Below are positions 20,537 through 30,107 of a stretch of DNA of 64,000 nucleotides, in pieces. A program made the translations under genes and the position numbers. The notes beneath the pieces were generated by a model. It was not told where the DNA came from, searched no databases, and was given only the letters and a program-made list of their open reading frames with translations. Within the stretch, counting starts at the first letter, position 1; each line of letters opens with the position of its first letter. The DNA comes from a virus. The stretch lies in the IMG/VR virus record IMGVR_UViG_3300032883_000188, positions 17,807 through 81,806 of that record. One strand, written 5' to 3'.

Positions 20537-20999
20537 TATGATAACCCCCTGTAAATTTAAAATAAGTTATACCAACCGCAAAGGCGTCTGATTCATCAAA
20601 ACTATTAAATTTAATATCAGGATTTTCTTTTAGAATGACATTTCTTAGTTCTTCCTTACTCATATTACCCTTTCCACCAACAACTTTTTTAACCGTAGTA
20701 GCCGGATAATATATTTGTTCATAATTACAAAAAATATAATTTGCAATGCCGTGTACTCTGAATATTGCCTGAGTGCTTTTATTATATAGGGTAAAACCCT
20801 GCTCGATAACAATTACCTCAGGCGTGTATTTTTTAATTAATCTAATAAATTCTTTACCAATCATTCTAAGTTTCAGCTTGGATTCATCCTCGCTTTTCGT
20901 GTCTATGGTTATCGCTTCTACGAATTTACCATCATTGGTAAAAATACAAACACCTGTGGAATTAAGGGATAAGTCAAGTGCGTAAACGTATGTTTCCAT
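20514..20999 (-). CDS. RuvC-like Holliday junction resolvase
   Basis: ALDLSLNSTG, IVIEQ, VKK.VGG.GN.SKE, DESDAFAV; start refined to METY after GGGAG. Confidence 0.85.
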   Translation of the reverse strand: METYVYALDLSLNSTGVCIFTNDGKFVEAITIDTKSEDESKLKLRMIGKEFIRLIKKYTPEVIVIEQGFTLYNKSTQAIFRVHGIANYIFCNYEQIYYPATTVKKVVGGKGNMSKEELRNVILKENPDIKFNSFDESDAFAVGITYFKFTGGYHNAKNNFS

Positions 21000-21017
21000 G
21001 TGTGCTCCCATAAAAGG

Positions 21018-21046
21018 AAGGGTGAGGCGTTTTGCCCCACCCTTCC
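21018..21046 (-). terminator. GC-rich stem-loop, probable terminator
   Basis: GGAAGGGTG...CACCCTTCC inverted repeat followed by TTTT on the minus strand. Confidence 0.6.
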
Positions 21047-21053
21047 AAATTAT

Positions 21054-21263
21054 TTATTTTTTCAATGCGTCTTTAAGACCGGAAACAACAGCTTTTGCCG
21101 CCTCTTCAACGGTTAAAGAACCGATTACCACAAGCAGGATAGCATCGATGGCTACCCAAATATCCTGCGGTACTTTGAAGTAATTAAGCACAAGCGTCTG
21201 TAGCAGAGCTACAACTGCCAGCCAAAAAGTTCTATTCTTAAGTAATGCTAAAATTCCACTCAT
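21054..21263 (-). CDS. small two-TM holin-like protein
   Basis: LKNRTFWLAVVALL...second TM, basic C-terminus. Confidence 0.65.
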   Translation of the reverse strand: MSGILALLKNRTFWLAVVALLQTLVLNYFKVPQDIWVAIDAILLVVIGSLTVEEAAKAVVSGLKDALKK

Positions 21264-21279
21264 TTTTTATTTCTCCTTT

Positions 21280-22209
21280 TTATGATATTACATCAAAACC
21301 GAATTCTGTTTTTCCTGAAATAAAAGCTAACTTCATTTCCTTCATTAATTTCCAAAAGTTAGCTCTTTCCCCGGCATTTGTTTTTATGTCGTTTAACAAA
21401 TCGAGATGATATAGATATAGTTTTGCAAATTTATATATATCGTTTATTTTTACTATACTTATTTTTACAGTAAAGGCTTTTTTTAATTCTTTTTTGTTCC
21501 ATTCTCCGCTATCAGACCAGACAACATTGTCATACATTTTTCCGTAAATCATATCATATAATTTTTGTAAAATTAAAACCATATGTAAAGTAATCTCTTT
21601 AAACCCCATATGTATAACACCATTACCCATAACAGGTTCTATTTTAAAAAACAAAAAGTTTTGCATTTTTATTACCATTTTATATAAAGAAATAAGTTTT
21701 TTAATTGCGGCTTTGTCTCCTATTGTTTCGGTTTCTGAAAAATTATATACCGTAACACCACCAACAGAAAGAATATCTTTTTTACCAGAGTGAACTTTAA
21801 TTTCTGTTGATATTGCTAATAAGTCAGCCATCGGGTTTGTGCTTTTTTCCAAGCCAAACAATTTTGCTTCTATAAATTCCCCATACCAACCGCCCATTGC
21901 TCTTGCGTCATGTATGTTTTTAAATTGAGATGTTTCTACATCTATGTAAGATTTTTCAATCATTTCATTCAAAAGGTCAACCGACATAGCCGCCGCAATA
22001 TTTTCTTTTACATAATTTATTATAATTTCTTTTTTATCAAGATACATTTTTTGAAATTCATTTCCGGGGGTAAACTTTTTTCCGTCTGCATCTTGAAGTA
22101 ATGTTGCCGCCTGTTCTTTTATCTTTTTATCAAGCCATTGCTCCAACTCGGGGAGGGTCATGGTTTGTCCGGTCTCTTCGTTGGTTACTGTTATATCGTT
22201 ATAGGGCAT
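21280..22209 (-). CDS. MutH/Sau3AI/MvaI-like PD-(D/E)XK endonuclease domain protein
   Basis: GGWYGEFIEAKLFG...PMADLLAISTEIK matches the MutH-type GW.G..E...G......D-x6-E-x-K active site; AT-rich. Confidence 0.55.
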   Translation of the reverse strand: MPYNDITVTNEETGQTMTLPELEQWLDKKIKEQAATLLQDADGKKFTPGNEFQKMYLDKKEIIINYVKENIAAAMSVDLLNEMIEKSYIDVETSQFKNIHDARAMGGWYGEFIEAKLFGLEKSTNPMADLLAISTEIKVHSGKKDILSVGGVTVYNFSETETIGDKAAIKKLISLYKMVIKMQNFLFFKIEPVMGNGVIHMGFKEITLHMVLILQKLYDMIYGKMYDNVVWSDSGEWNKKELKKAFTVKISIVKINDIYKFAKLYLYHLDLLNDIKTNAGERANFWKLMKEMKLAFISGKTEFGFDVIS

Positions 22210-22226
22210 AATCCCTCCTTACAAGG

Positions 22227-22433
22227 TTAAATCTCTTCTTCTTTTCTGCGTCTCCTCTTTTGTTCCACTTCCCGCTCATACTCACAGTTCTTGTTCGAAC
22301 AGGAGATATGCTCCTTGGGAGTGGTAACCCGTATTCCATCGATTAATGTTACGATGTCCAGCACCCTTACTTGTAGTACTTTCCCGCATTCAGGACAGCG
22401 CTCTTTCAGGGTGTGTTTCAACCTGCCAATCAT
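22227..22433 (-). CDS. small zinc-ribbon protein
   Basis: CPECG...CSNKNC. Confidence 0.7.
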   Translation of the reverse strand: MIGRLKHTLKERCPECGKVLQVRVLDIVTLIDGIRVTTPKEHISCSNKNCEYEREVEQKRRRRKEEEI

Positions 22434-22435
22434 GG

Positions 22436-22984
22436 TTACGCTGTACCCTTAATGGCATCCTGCAAAATAGAAGAATTCTCGATTTTTTCGGCAAGTTCCT
22501 TGGTGTTCTTTTGAAGCGTTTCAATTTGCTCCGGGCTGACATTGGCAACCTTGTCCAGCAAGTCCTGCAATTTCTCAATGAAATTGGTAAGAACTGCGCC
22601 AGCAGTCTTTTGTGCCTTGACCTCATCAATAACATATCTCAGTTTTTGCATGAAAGCGCCATAATTTACAATGCGAGAAGTTATTGCGTCTACAAAATCA
22701 GGGTCAGCATAGAGTTCTTTATCGAGACTTTCCACTTCCAAATTTGTATTGGCTTGAAAGATATAGTTCAAAAGTTCGAACTGCGCCTCAAAGTATGCAT
22801 ACTTAGAACCGGAAACAACCCCATCCACGGTTTCGAAGTAGGTTGTCAAGTAATGATTTACCAGAAACGCCTGTTCTGCCATGGTCAAGAAGGGGTCTAT
22901 TTCAATCTCAACACCCTTATAAACCGCCCTTATCTTTTCCATGGGCTTGTATTCGAATTTAACCTTATCCATTTGAATCTCCAT
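22436..22984 (-). CDS. hypothetical protein (tail module)
   Basis: Long ORF in operon orientation; start may be 22972. Confidence 0.7.
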   Translation of the reverse strand: MEIQMDKVKFEYKPMEKIRAVYKGVEIEIDPFLTMAEQAFLVNHYLTTYFETVDGVVSGSKYAYFEAQFELLNYIFQANTNLEVESLDKELYADPDFVDAITSRIVNYGAFMQKLRYVIDEVKAQKTAGAVLTNFIEKLQDLLDKVANVSPEQIETLQKNTKELAEKIENSSILQDAIKGTA

Positions 22985-22999
22985 ATTGGGAATTAAAAA

Positions 23000-23032
23000 A
23001 GTACACCGCTGTCTTTAGACAACGGTGTACTT
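23000..23032 (-). terminator. intrinsic terminator
   Basis: AGTACACCG...CGGTGTACT stem followed by a T-run on the minus strand. Confidence 0.7.
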
Positions 23033-23037
23033 ATTGT

Positions 23038-23274
23038 TTATAAAGGGATAATATCCCCTATTTTTGCTTTCTTGTTTTCTTCGGTAATGCCAACTCTGTA
23101 GCCATTACCATTGCTGTCCACCAGATACAGGTGTCCCTTTGCAATACTGTAAACTTTCGCCTCTAGTTTTTTGGAGGCGGGTTTACTCCTGACGGGTTCT
23201 TGTACGGGTTTGTCCTCTTCTTTGAGAACATCCTCGTCCTCGAAAATATTCATTTCGTCTTTCTTTTTAGCCAC
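23038..23274 (-). CDS. hypothetical protein
   Basis: GGAGG RBS, GTG start. Confidence 0.65.
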   Translation of the reverse strand: MAKKKDEMNIFEDEDVLKEEDKPVQEPVRSKPASKKLEAKVYSIAKGHLYLVDSNGNGYRVGITEENKKAKIGDIIPL

Positions 23275-23293
23275 TTTTTACCTCCAAACAAGA

Positions 23294-23311
23294 GGGCGGG
23301 TTACCCCGCCC
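23294..23311 (-). repeat. GGGCGGG-GTAA-CCCGCCC hairpin (identical copy at 27626-27643)
   Basis: 7-bp GC stem with GNRA tetraloop directly after the tail tube stop. Confidence 0.7.
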
Positions 23312-23323
23312 AATTTTAGATTG

Positions 23324-24439
23324 TTATGGTACTACTGTTACAGTAACGAATGTGTCAATTCCGGTATTGCCGTGGATTTTTGCACTGAATTGTGCTGTAC
23401 CCGTTTGTAATGCCGCAGTGATGACACCCGTGGTTGCATTGATGGTTGTGCCTGTAGCAGTTGGAGAACCAACCAAGGCAAAGTCAATTTCACCACCATA
23501 AGGGGCTTTGAAAGCCGCACCTGATGTTGGAACTGCATAAACGTTCAGGGTAGAGTTAGTGCTCTTTGGCATACTGAAATCACCGCCAATTACGCTCAAA
23601 CCGATAACATTATCGTACCAGTTGGCGGCTGAGATGACTTCAATAATCTTGGCGTAGTAAGGCTCGTTCGCGCAAGCGTCCGTGCCGGGCGCGCCGTTAT
23701 AAGCCAATGCACTTGCGGTCAAAGGTGTGTTGGACACGCCATCAGACTTCATTGAGATAGTGAAAGCACCAGACAGGGTTACGGTTGGAGCAATAATCTG
23801 CACAACACCAATCTTGTTGGTGGTAACATCAGCAGAGTTCAACTGAGTTTCCATGACAAGTTTGATAACTTTTGGAATCATGTTGGCACTGACGGTTACG
23901 TAGCTTGCCGCAGACTTCAAAGCGTAATAGCGAACACAAACCTTATCTCCTGTTGTTACAGGGTCTTTACCACCACTAAGAACGTTAGGGGAAGTATCGG
24001 AAGTAAACGCCTTGGCTGTGAAAGTACCGGGATAAGTATAACCCGCGGCGGTAACAGCCCAACCCAAAATGGCAACTTTGCCATACTGTACAAGCGGAGT
24101 GTCGGTGACGTTGTTCAGAACAAACGGAGACGCGCCGCCACCGCTGGCAACTGTAACACTTTCTTCCTCATAAATATTAATACCTGTACCAACATCTGAA
24201 CCAATTGTTGCGCCCAACATCTGCAAGTTCCATTGGGTATCTGTCAGATTGAACTTCATTTCGCCAGTGTGGTAATAGACATATTGCAACTGATTACCAC
24301 GCCCACCACGTACAGGCGTAGAACCGAGAGTAACATCAATGGAGCTATCCAGCAATGTTTTCGCGGTGAATACAATAGCATCGTTATTGTCATAACCATA
24401 GACATTAGCGACACTTGTCAAGAATTTTCTTATAGCCAT
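23324..24439 (-). CDS. major tail tube protein with C-terminal Ig-like domain
   Basis: KTLLDSSI......VRGG.GN.L...YYH pattern; position; AGGAGG RBS. Confidence 0.8.
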   Translation of the reverse strand: MAIRKFLTSVANVYGYDNNDAIVFTAKTLLDSSIDVTLGSTPVRGGRGNQLQYVYYHTGEMKFNLTDTQWNLQMLGATIGSDVGTGINIYEEESVTVASGGGASPFVLNNVTDTPLVQYGKVAILGWAVTAAGYTYPGTFTAKAFTSDTSPNVLSGGKDPVTTGDKVCVRYYALKSAASYVTVSANMIPKVIKLVMETQLNSADVTTNKIGVVQIIAPTVTLSGAFTISMKSDGVSNTPLTASALAYNGAPGTDACANEPYYAKIIEVISAANWYDNVIGLSVIGGDFSMPKSTNSTLNVYAVPTSGAAFKAPYGGEIDFALVGSPTATGTTINATTGVITAALQTGTAQFSAKIHGNTGIDTFVTVTVVP

Positions 24440-24454
24440 AAGATTTCAAACCTC

Positions 24455-25255
24455 CTAATTTTGTGGTAGAGCACTCTTTTTAGCGCTCTCTAAAGAAAGG
24501 ATATTTTCAATTGTAGTTAACTCTACGGAAACATCCTTGTATTTATTATCTTCTAGTCCAGACAGCCAGTGTTTTATAAATGACTTGTCCTTGAATTCAA
24601 CCATGCCAGACATGGAAGCAGATAGAAAGATTTTGTAATGAATATAAGTATCCAGCCTTCTGAGACATTTTGTAAATTTCTTCACGCTCATGGAGTAAAC
24701 ATACTCGAGCGTCCAACCTGTGACGATAGAAAGTGAGACGATGTAATCCTCAAGGGAAGCCTGTGTTTCACCGGATATTTTTCTTTTATATTCCTTGGCA
24801 TCATCCAGTGAATCTCTTACCTCTTTGGATACATTTTCATCCGGTATTTCTATGTCATTCTGCAAACAGATTATCTTTTTTAACTCATCATAATCTTTGC
24901 TGTTATATTTCCTGTTTCCAATCGTGAAATACGGTTTTCCTTTTTCATCATAATTGAATCTGGTTATGCTCTTTTCAGGTTCTTTGAATTCATCGGCATT
25001 GTCTTTTAAACAAAGCCCCAAGAGCCTGTCGAACAAAACCAATGGTGCATTCACCTCCGCTTGTTGGGTAAGATAGAACAGGTATTCCAGTTCGGTCATT
25101 GTCAGTATTTTTGCATCTGGAATGCTGTTTTTATCCAGCAAAAAGCATTGCTCATAAGTCATCAGGTTCATATAGTCTTTTAGATATACCGGATATAAGG
25201 TTAAGTCCTTATAAGTAATTGGCAAATCAAAGGTAATGCTGTTTGTAATGTCCAT
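24455..25255 (-). CDS. conserved structural-module protein (possible tail assembly chaperone)
   Basis: Position; II..QN.I, ASMSGMVEFK...KHW pattern. Confidence 0.55.
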   Translation of the reverse strand: MDITNSITFDLPITYKDLTLYPVYLKDYMNLMTYEQCFLLDKNSIPDAKILTMTELEYLFYLTQQAEVNAPLVLFDRLLGLCLKDNADEFKEPEKSITRFNYDEKGKPYFTIGNRKYNSKDYDELKKIICLQNDIEIPDENVSKEVRDSLDDAKEYKRKISGETQASLEDYIVSLSIVTGWTLEYVYSMSVKKFTKCLRRLDTYIHYKIFLSASMSGMVEFKDKSFIKHWLSGLEDNKYKDVSVELTTIENILSLESAKKSALPQN

Positions 25256-25264
25256 TTTTGTCCC

Positions 25265-25834
25265 TTATGCTGAATAGGTTGAGAAGAATATCTGTTTGCC
25301 TCCAAAGGGTATCTGCCCTGTTGAAATTGCTCTGGAACTCTGGTCAGCCATTTTGTCAAAACTTAAAAGTCCCAAACCCCCGATATCCACACCATTAAAA
25401 AGAGCAAGTAACTCTTCGGTAATCGTATCGACCCGGGTCTGGTAATTTGTCAGGTGGTTTATTTTATAGTGCGCATATACTTCCATGCTAACCTCTATAT
25501 AACCAAGAGTTCTGTTCATGCCAATTGCCCCGTAAGGGCATATCCTTACCATGGCAACTTCTTTTGTTAAAACGTCCGGCTGTTTTACATCCATGAAGAC
25601 ATTAAATTCGGATGTATCTTTTTGTCCAGCATATATCAACGCCCCTTTTTCTACCTGTGTTAAATCTGGTTTACTCCAAGCATCCGGGGTCGTATGTTTT
25701 AACAACTTCCAAATCAATTCATTGTTATCCATCATGTATTTTACACAATTGTAGGATAGTTTTGAAAATTGTCTGAACTTATTATAGGCGTCCTCCCCAA
25801 TGTCGGGGATTGGAATTAGATTAGGCAATGTCAT
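25265..25834 (-). CDS. head-tail joining / tail terminator-like protein
   Basis: Position; RVD.I.E.L...FNG..I.GLG.L.F. Confidence 0.6.
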   Translation of the reverse strand: MTLPNLIPIPDIGEDAYNKFRQFSKLSYNCVKYMMDNNELIWKLLKHTTPDAWSKPDLTQVEKGALIYAGQKDTSEFNVFMDVKQPDVLTKEVAMVRICPYGAIGMNRTLGYIEVSMEVYAHYKINHLTNYQTRVDTITEELLALFNGVDIGGLGLLSFDKMADQSSRAISTGQIPFGGKQIFFSTYSA

Positions 25835-27134
25835 TCAACCACGCTCCTCTCAGATAAATGTCAAACGCTTTTATGTTTGCTCCGCTTGTGCAGGTTATGG
25901 TTAGATAGGAATCAACACATCTCAAAACATTTACGATTGAGAAATGATTACCATCGGTCTCCAAGAACCTGTAACTGGTTGCAGGTACACTGCGCGCATT
26001 TATCGAATAAGTAAAGGTATCTGTTTGTATAGCATTGTCCTCATATAAATAGACAGTGAACGCCTGTGTAACGCCTTCCAAGACATAGTTAATGTTTGGA
26101 TTAAGCACCACATCGTTGTTTATTGCTGGTGTAGCTTTAACTGTTACCGAACAAGTATCGCTTGTCGTGTTGTCTACAATGTTTACAGTAATAGTACAAT
26201 TACCGTTCTTAATAAACGTGACCAAGCCTGTAGCACTTACTGTGGCAATGGTAGTATTACTACTTGTCCATGCAAGTGGTCTTGTAATTGTATCGCCGTT
26301 ATAAGTAACCACTGCGGACAATTGAAATGTATCTGCCACTGCGCCTTCAAGAGCATCCCTGCTGATGGTCAGCGTATAAAGATTCTTATAAACATCCGCA
26401 ATACCATTAACAATATCGTCCAGCGAATCGTTGACAAAGTTTGCCGCTAAATCCAGCGACAAAACGTTGGCACTGCTATTATCAAGGGTTTCCTGATTTT
26501 TAAAATCATTCAAACCTGTTGCCACAACCTTGTAGCAAGTCCAATGCTCACGATTACCGAATAGGAAACGCTGGTTTTCGTTTATAAGATTGGTTCTTTC
26601 GTTAAACTGTGTAAAAATCTTGACGAAGCCCCCGGGTGTCATGAACGGAGAACCGCCTGTGGCATAATCCCTTGGCTCTTTGACCATATATTCGATTGAG
26701 CATGGCTCTATATAATAAGCACCTGTTTTTTCATCAAGCCACCTGAGAGTATTATTGCATCTACGAATAGTTGCTGTACCAGCAAGGTTCTTTATCACTT
26801 CCGTGTTGATGGTAAGCCAGTAGTTGTTATCGAACTTGTAATATTTTCCAAGTTCTATTTCGTGGTCTATATCTCTGAACAGCAAAGACTTCCAGTCATC
26901 CCCCAACTTTAAACCTGTTTCAGCATTAATAAGTGTGGTAATGCGAACATCCATTGGTTGATAAACTTGAGAACCAATAGCTGTTTCTTCCTCTATGTTC
27001 CACCAATCGGAAGAATTGTAAAACTGTTGATTCAAAGTTTCTTGAAACAGGTCAACATATTGCTTCTTCGGGTCTGTGCCTCCCGCTGGTTGAGCGGCTT
27101 GGGAAGCAGGTATGTATTTATAGTTATAGCTCAT
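25821..27134 (-). CDS. head closure / neck protein with Ig-like (Big_2) domain
   Basis: IRRCNN.LRW pattern; WTSSN.TIATVS.TGLVT...G.CTITV Big_2 motif. Confidence 0.7.
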   Translation of the reverse strand: MSYNYKYIPASQAAQPAGGTDPKKQYVDLFQETLNQQFYNSSDWWNIEEETAIGSQVYQPMDVRITTLINAETGLKLGDDWKSLLFRDIDHEIELGKYYKFDNNYWLTINTEVIKNLAGTATIRRCNNTLRWLDEKTGAYYIEPCSIEYMVKEPRDYATGGSPFMTPGGFVKIFTQFNERTNLINENQRFLFGNREHWTCYKVVATGLNDFKNQETLDNSSANVLSLDLAANFVNDSLDDIVNGIADVYKNLYTLTISRDALEGAVADTFQLSAVVTYNGDTITRPLAWTSSNTTIATVSATGLVTFIKNGNCTITVNIVDNTTSDTCSVTVKATPAINNDVVLNPNINYVLEGVTQAFTVYLYEDNAIQTDTFTYSINARSVPATSYRFLETDGNHFSIVNVLRCVDSYLTITCTSGANIKAFDIYLRGAWLNDIA

Positions 27135-27136
27135 GG

Positions 27137-27592
27137 TTAGCCCCCAAATTCTTGATTACGCCATTCGTCCCAAGTGACTCTTTTATAGCCATAATCCTGT
27201 AACAGTTGAGAGCACTGTTCTTTGATAACATTCAAATATGAAGCTTTTTCCCTTAGGTTCATTGACTCGGAAGCAACCTTAAAGTCCCTATCCGTGACAT
27301 GCAGGTTCATTTGAGTTATATCATTTACATTCTTTTGTAACCAATACTTCATCATCAGGGTAGCTAGTATGATTTTATTCTCTCTGGTCAAAATAACGGT
27401 AAACAAGCCCGTCTCTTCGTCATAATCTAAAGCTTGGTCGCATATGCTGAACTCAGCAATTGAGTATTCCAGCCATGCTTGAAGATAATTTTCGAAATCT
27501 GGTTCTGAGGTATTGAAGAGGTCAATTAACCTGTAGTCATTAACGAGTTGCATGAAGAGGTCATAGACCTCGCTTACATAAGTATTTGCCAT
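27137..27592 (-). CDS. head-tail adaptor protein
   Basis: EVYDLF...V.DYRL...ILA.LM...WL...DRDFK..S pattern; position after capsid. Confidence 0.65.
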   Translation of the reverse strand: MANTYVSEVYDLFMQLVNDYRLIDLFNTSEPDFENYLQAWLEYSIAEFSICDQALDYDEETGLFTVILTRENKIILATLMMKYWLQKNVNDITQMNLHVTDRDFKVASESMNLREKASYLNVIKEQCSQLLQDYGYKRVTWDEWRNQEFGG

Positions 27593-27625
27593 CAGACCCT
27601 CCTTTCTTCAATTATCAAATATGTA

Positions 27626-27643
27626 GGGCGGGTTACCCCGCCC
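27626..27643 (-). repeat. GGGCGGG-GTAA-CCCGCCC hairpin, second copy
   Basis: Identical to 23294-23311. Confidence 0.7.
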
Positions 27644-27655
27644 ATTTTATTTGGT

Positions 27656-28294
27656 TTATTCTCTTGTTGGTTCTTGTATTGGGGCTGATTCAGGAGATAT
27701 TAAAAATCTACCGTCCTCTACCTTTTCCATTATCTTAACGCCGGAAGCACGACTGAGTTTGTCGATAATATTCAAATCAATACTGTTTGGGTATTGAATA
27801 AGTTTGCTTACGACCAAATCAATGATGACGCTCTTTTGCTTATCGTTAGCGGAAGTATAGAGTGCTACAGTCTCAGAAGACCCTTCAAGAATTTGTTCGA
27901 TTTTTTCCTTGGTGAGAAGTTTATTGTACGCCTCGTCAAGTCCATGGATACGAACGACCTTCGGGTTAAGGATGATAAAATAACCGTTTTTTAGGAATTC
28001 AGCATTAACTTCAATGATATCTACCAAATCCGAATATATTATTCTTTTAACTTGATAAAGATTATCGAACCTGTAAACTTTACCCTGCCCTCTTTCACGA
28101 GTGCATAAGTTAAGACGCCAGCCCAATAAGCTCATTACCTTGATATATTCAGTTTGACCGACAACAAGGTTATCTTCTTTGTCAAGACTTTCCTTGCTTT
28201 CATATACTGCCAATCTGTCTTCCAGTTCTTTCACGTAAGCGTTGTGGTCATTGCCAGCCGCTACTTTTTTAGTACCATTAGTACTTCTAGCCAT
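27656..28294 (-). CDS. conserved head-module protein
   Basis: Immediately downstream of the major capsid gene; AAGGAG RBS. Confidence 0.65.
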   Translation of the reverse strand: MARSTNGTKKVAAGNDHNAYVKELEDRLAVYESKESLDKEDNLVVGQTEYIKVMSLLGWRLNLCTRERGQGKVYRFDNLYQVKRIIYSDLVDIIEVNAEFLKNGYFIILNPKVVRIHGLDEAYNKLLTKEKIEQILEGSSETVALYTSANDKQKSVIIDLVVSKLIQYPNSIDLNIIDKLSRASGVKIMEKVEDGRFLISPESAPIQEPTRE

Positions 28295-28317
28295 TTTAAA
28301 CTCCTTGGTTTATGAAA

Positions 28318-28339
28318 GGGCTGGCATTTCGCCAGCCCC
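28318..28339 (-). terminator. stem-loop after major capsid gene
   Basis: GGGCTGGC-GAAAT-GCCAGCCC-TTT. Confidence 0.65.
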
Positions 28340-28352
28340 ATTCATTATAAAA

Positions 28353-29492
28353 TTAAGCAATATTAATTCTTGCACCAACAGCGTTGGTTGCAATAGCAGA
28401 ACCCCAAGACTTAGTTAAAGTAGAGGTCTGTAGTAAGTTTGCATTTGCATATACATCCGTGGTGTAAGCAAGGGTGCTTCCTTCCAATACTGCCTTTACA
28501 AGTTTCTGTGAAGAAGGAGAGATGATGTAAATATCAGTATCAGAAAGCTTCAGTGCAAATGGGTTAGTCCAATCGGCAATCTGTGGGATAACCATAAGGT
28601 CAACACCAGCAAGAGTGCGGATATAGCCAATCTTCAGGTATTCGCTTTCAACATCATAACGATAGTTAGCATCGTTAGGGAATACGGTAGAAAGGGCATT
28701 CAGTGTGCCAATAGCAATAGCCTTAGCGCCACCATTCCATGCGGTAACTTTCTGTGAAAGATTGACGAAATCGGACTGTGTATAACCAGTTACCTGTAAA
28801 CCAGTTACAGCGGTAGAGCTAAGAGCCGCCATAGCGGTTGTGAAGGTGCTGTATACATCGTATGTAAAGGCAAGTTCCATAGAGCGAACAACCTTGGCTA
28901 CGAATTCGGCAAGGGATTCCTTACCAGCAAGAACACGGTAGAGTGAAACACCAACGGTGATTTCACGTGGCTCAGGATTGATGACAACCTGCCCCTTGAA
29001 CTGCTTGCGCATTTCGGTAGAGCGCTTGCCACGACCAGCCTTGCTTACTACGAACAAATCACGAGGCTCAACATCGAATGCGGCAGAATCGCCCCATCCG
29101 ATTGCACGTACATCACTGTACATGCCGATGCTCTCGATGATACTTTCAGGCAAAATCATGTCCACCATTGCAGAAACGATGGCGAAGGTAGCCCACTTCA
29201 ACATAGGGTGTGAAGCCCATGTTTCCAGAGGGAACTCGGCAAAGTTTGTAACATTGGCGATACGCATAACTTCGCGCTTGAAAGCGGCGTTCATAGCCTC
29301 TTCCTTCTCAGCGAATGAGATGGAGACAACCTCGCCCTTATCGTTTACGGTTGTGGTCTGGAATTCAAGGTTCTTCGCCTTCTCGTTGATAGTGCGATAC
29401 TGATTCCAGTAATCACGGAACTGCTTGTAAACTCCAAGATGCTCTTCACCACCTGCGAACAATACTACGTTTGCGGGAATTTTATAAGACAT
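28353..29492 (-). CDS. major capsid protein
   Basis: About 379 aa, strongly biased codons, position after protease and decoration genes; start refined to MSYKIP after AGGAGG. Confidence 0.85.
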   Translation of the reverse strand: MSYKIPANVVLFAGGEEHLGVYKQFRDYWNQYRTINEKAKNLEFQTTTVNDKGEVVSISFAEKEEAMNAAFKREVMRIANVTNFAEFPLETWASHPMLKWATFAIVSAMVDMILPESIIESIGMYSDVRAIGWGDSAAFDVEPRDLFVVSKAGRGKRSTEMRKQFKGQVVINPEPREITVGVSLYRVLAGKESLAEFVAKVVRSMELAFTYDVYSTFTTAMAALSSTAVTGLQVTGYTQSDFVNLSQKVTAWNGGAKAIAIGTLNALSTVFPNDANYRYDVESEYLKIGYIRTLAGVDLMVIPQIADWTNPFALKLSDTDIYIISPSSQKLVKAVLEGSTLAYTTDVYANANLLQTSTLTKSWGSAIATNAVGARINIA

Positions 29493-29520
29493 TGTATTTT
29501 TCCTCCTATATGAATTTTGA

Positions 29521-30075
29521 TTAAAGACCCACAACTTCCATCGTGTAAGCGAGTAGGCGTTGTTCGTCTATAGCACCAGTAGCAATACTGATGTAATCGG
29601 TTGATAAATATTTGACAGAAAGTACAGAGGCGGTTTGAGAAGCACCCCATACGAATTTCCACTGTCCGTTCGTTGCATTTCCGTGGGTATTTCCAGCCCC
29701 ACCCTTTGCACCCGTGAAGCAATCTGAACTCATTAACAAAATGTCATGAAGTTGTGGCAGAAATGCTGTAAATACATAGCGGGATGAACCGCTTGTTGCA
29801 GGTACAAGGAAGTTACGAACATCAGGGTCTAACCCACGATAGTTACCTGTCCTGACAAGTTCAGGCTCGTAAGCCATCCAAAGGTCAGTCAAATGTGAGC
29901 CAGCCGCGGCTGGTTGTGTGGCAACCCATACTTCGCTTTCATCTGCAACAGCAGACTTGGTAAGCAGAGCCATGATATTGCCATTTTCTACTGCCGTTGC
30001 ACAATATGCGGAACGTACCCAAGCATCTACGTTACTTGCGGCAATAAGTTTTGGGATAATAACACCATAAGCCAT
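29521..30075 (-). CDS. capsid decoration/cement protein, paralogue B
   Basis: LTDLWMAYEPELV...YRGLDPDVRNF shared with neighbour; position. Confidence 0.7.
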   Translation of the reverse strand: MAYGVIIPKLIAASNVDAWVRSAYCATAVENGNIMALLTKSAVADESEVWVATQPAAAGSHLTDLWMAYEPELVRTGNYRGLDPDVRNFLVPATSGSSRYVFTAFLPQLHDILLMSSDCFTGAKGGAGNTHGNATNGQWKFVWGASQTASVLSVKYLSTDYISIATGAIDEQRLLAYTMEVVGL

Positions 30076-30107
30076 TAAATTTTCCTCCTTAGATTATTGA
30101 GTCGCCG

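Noticed and set aside
29493-29534. Longest-ORF N-terminal extensions (capsid 29534; also 37802, 39320, 39679, 21011)
   Set aside because: Strong Shine-Dalgarno sequences precede downstream ATGs (29492, 37736, 39236, 39631, 20999).
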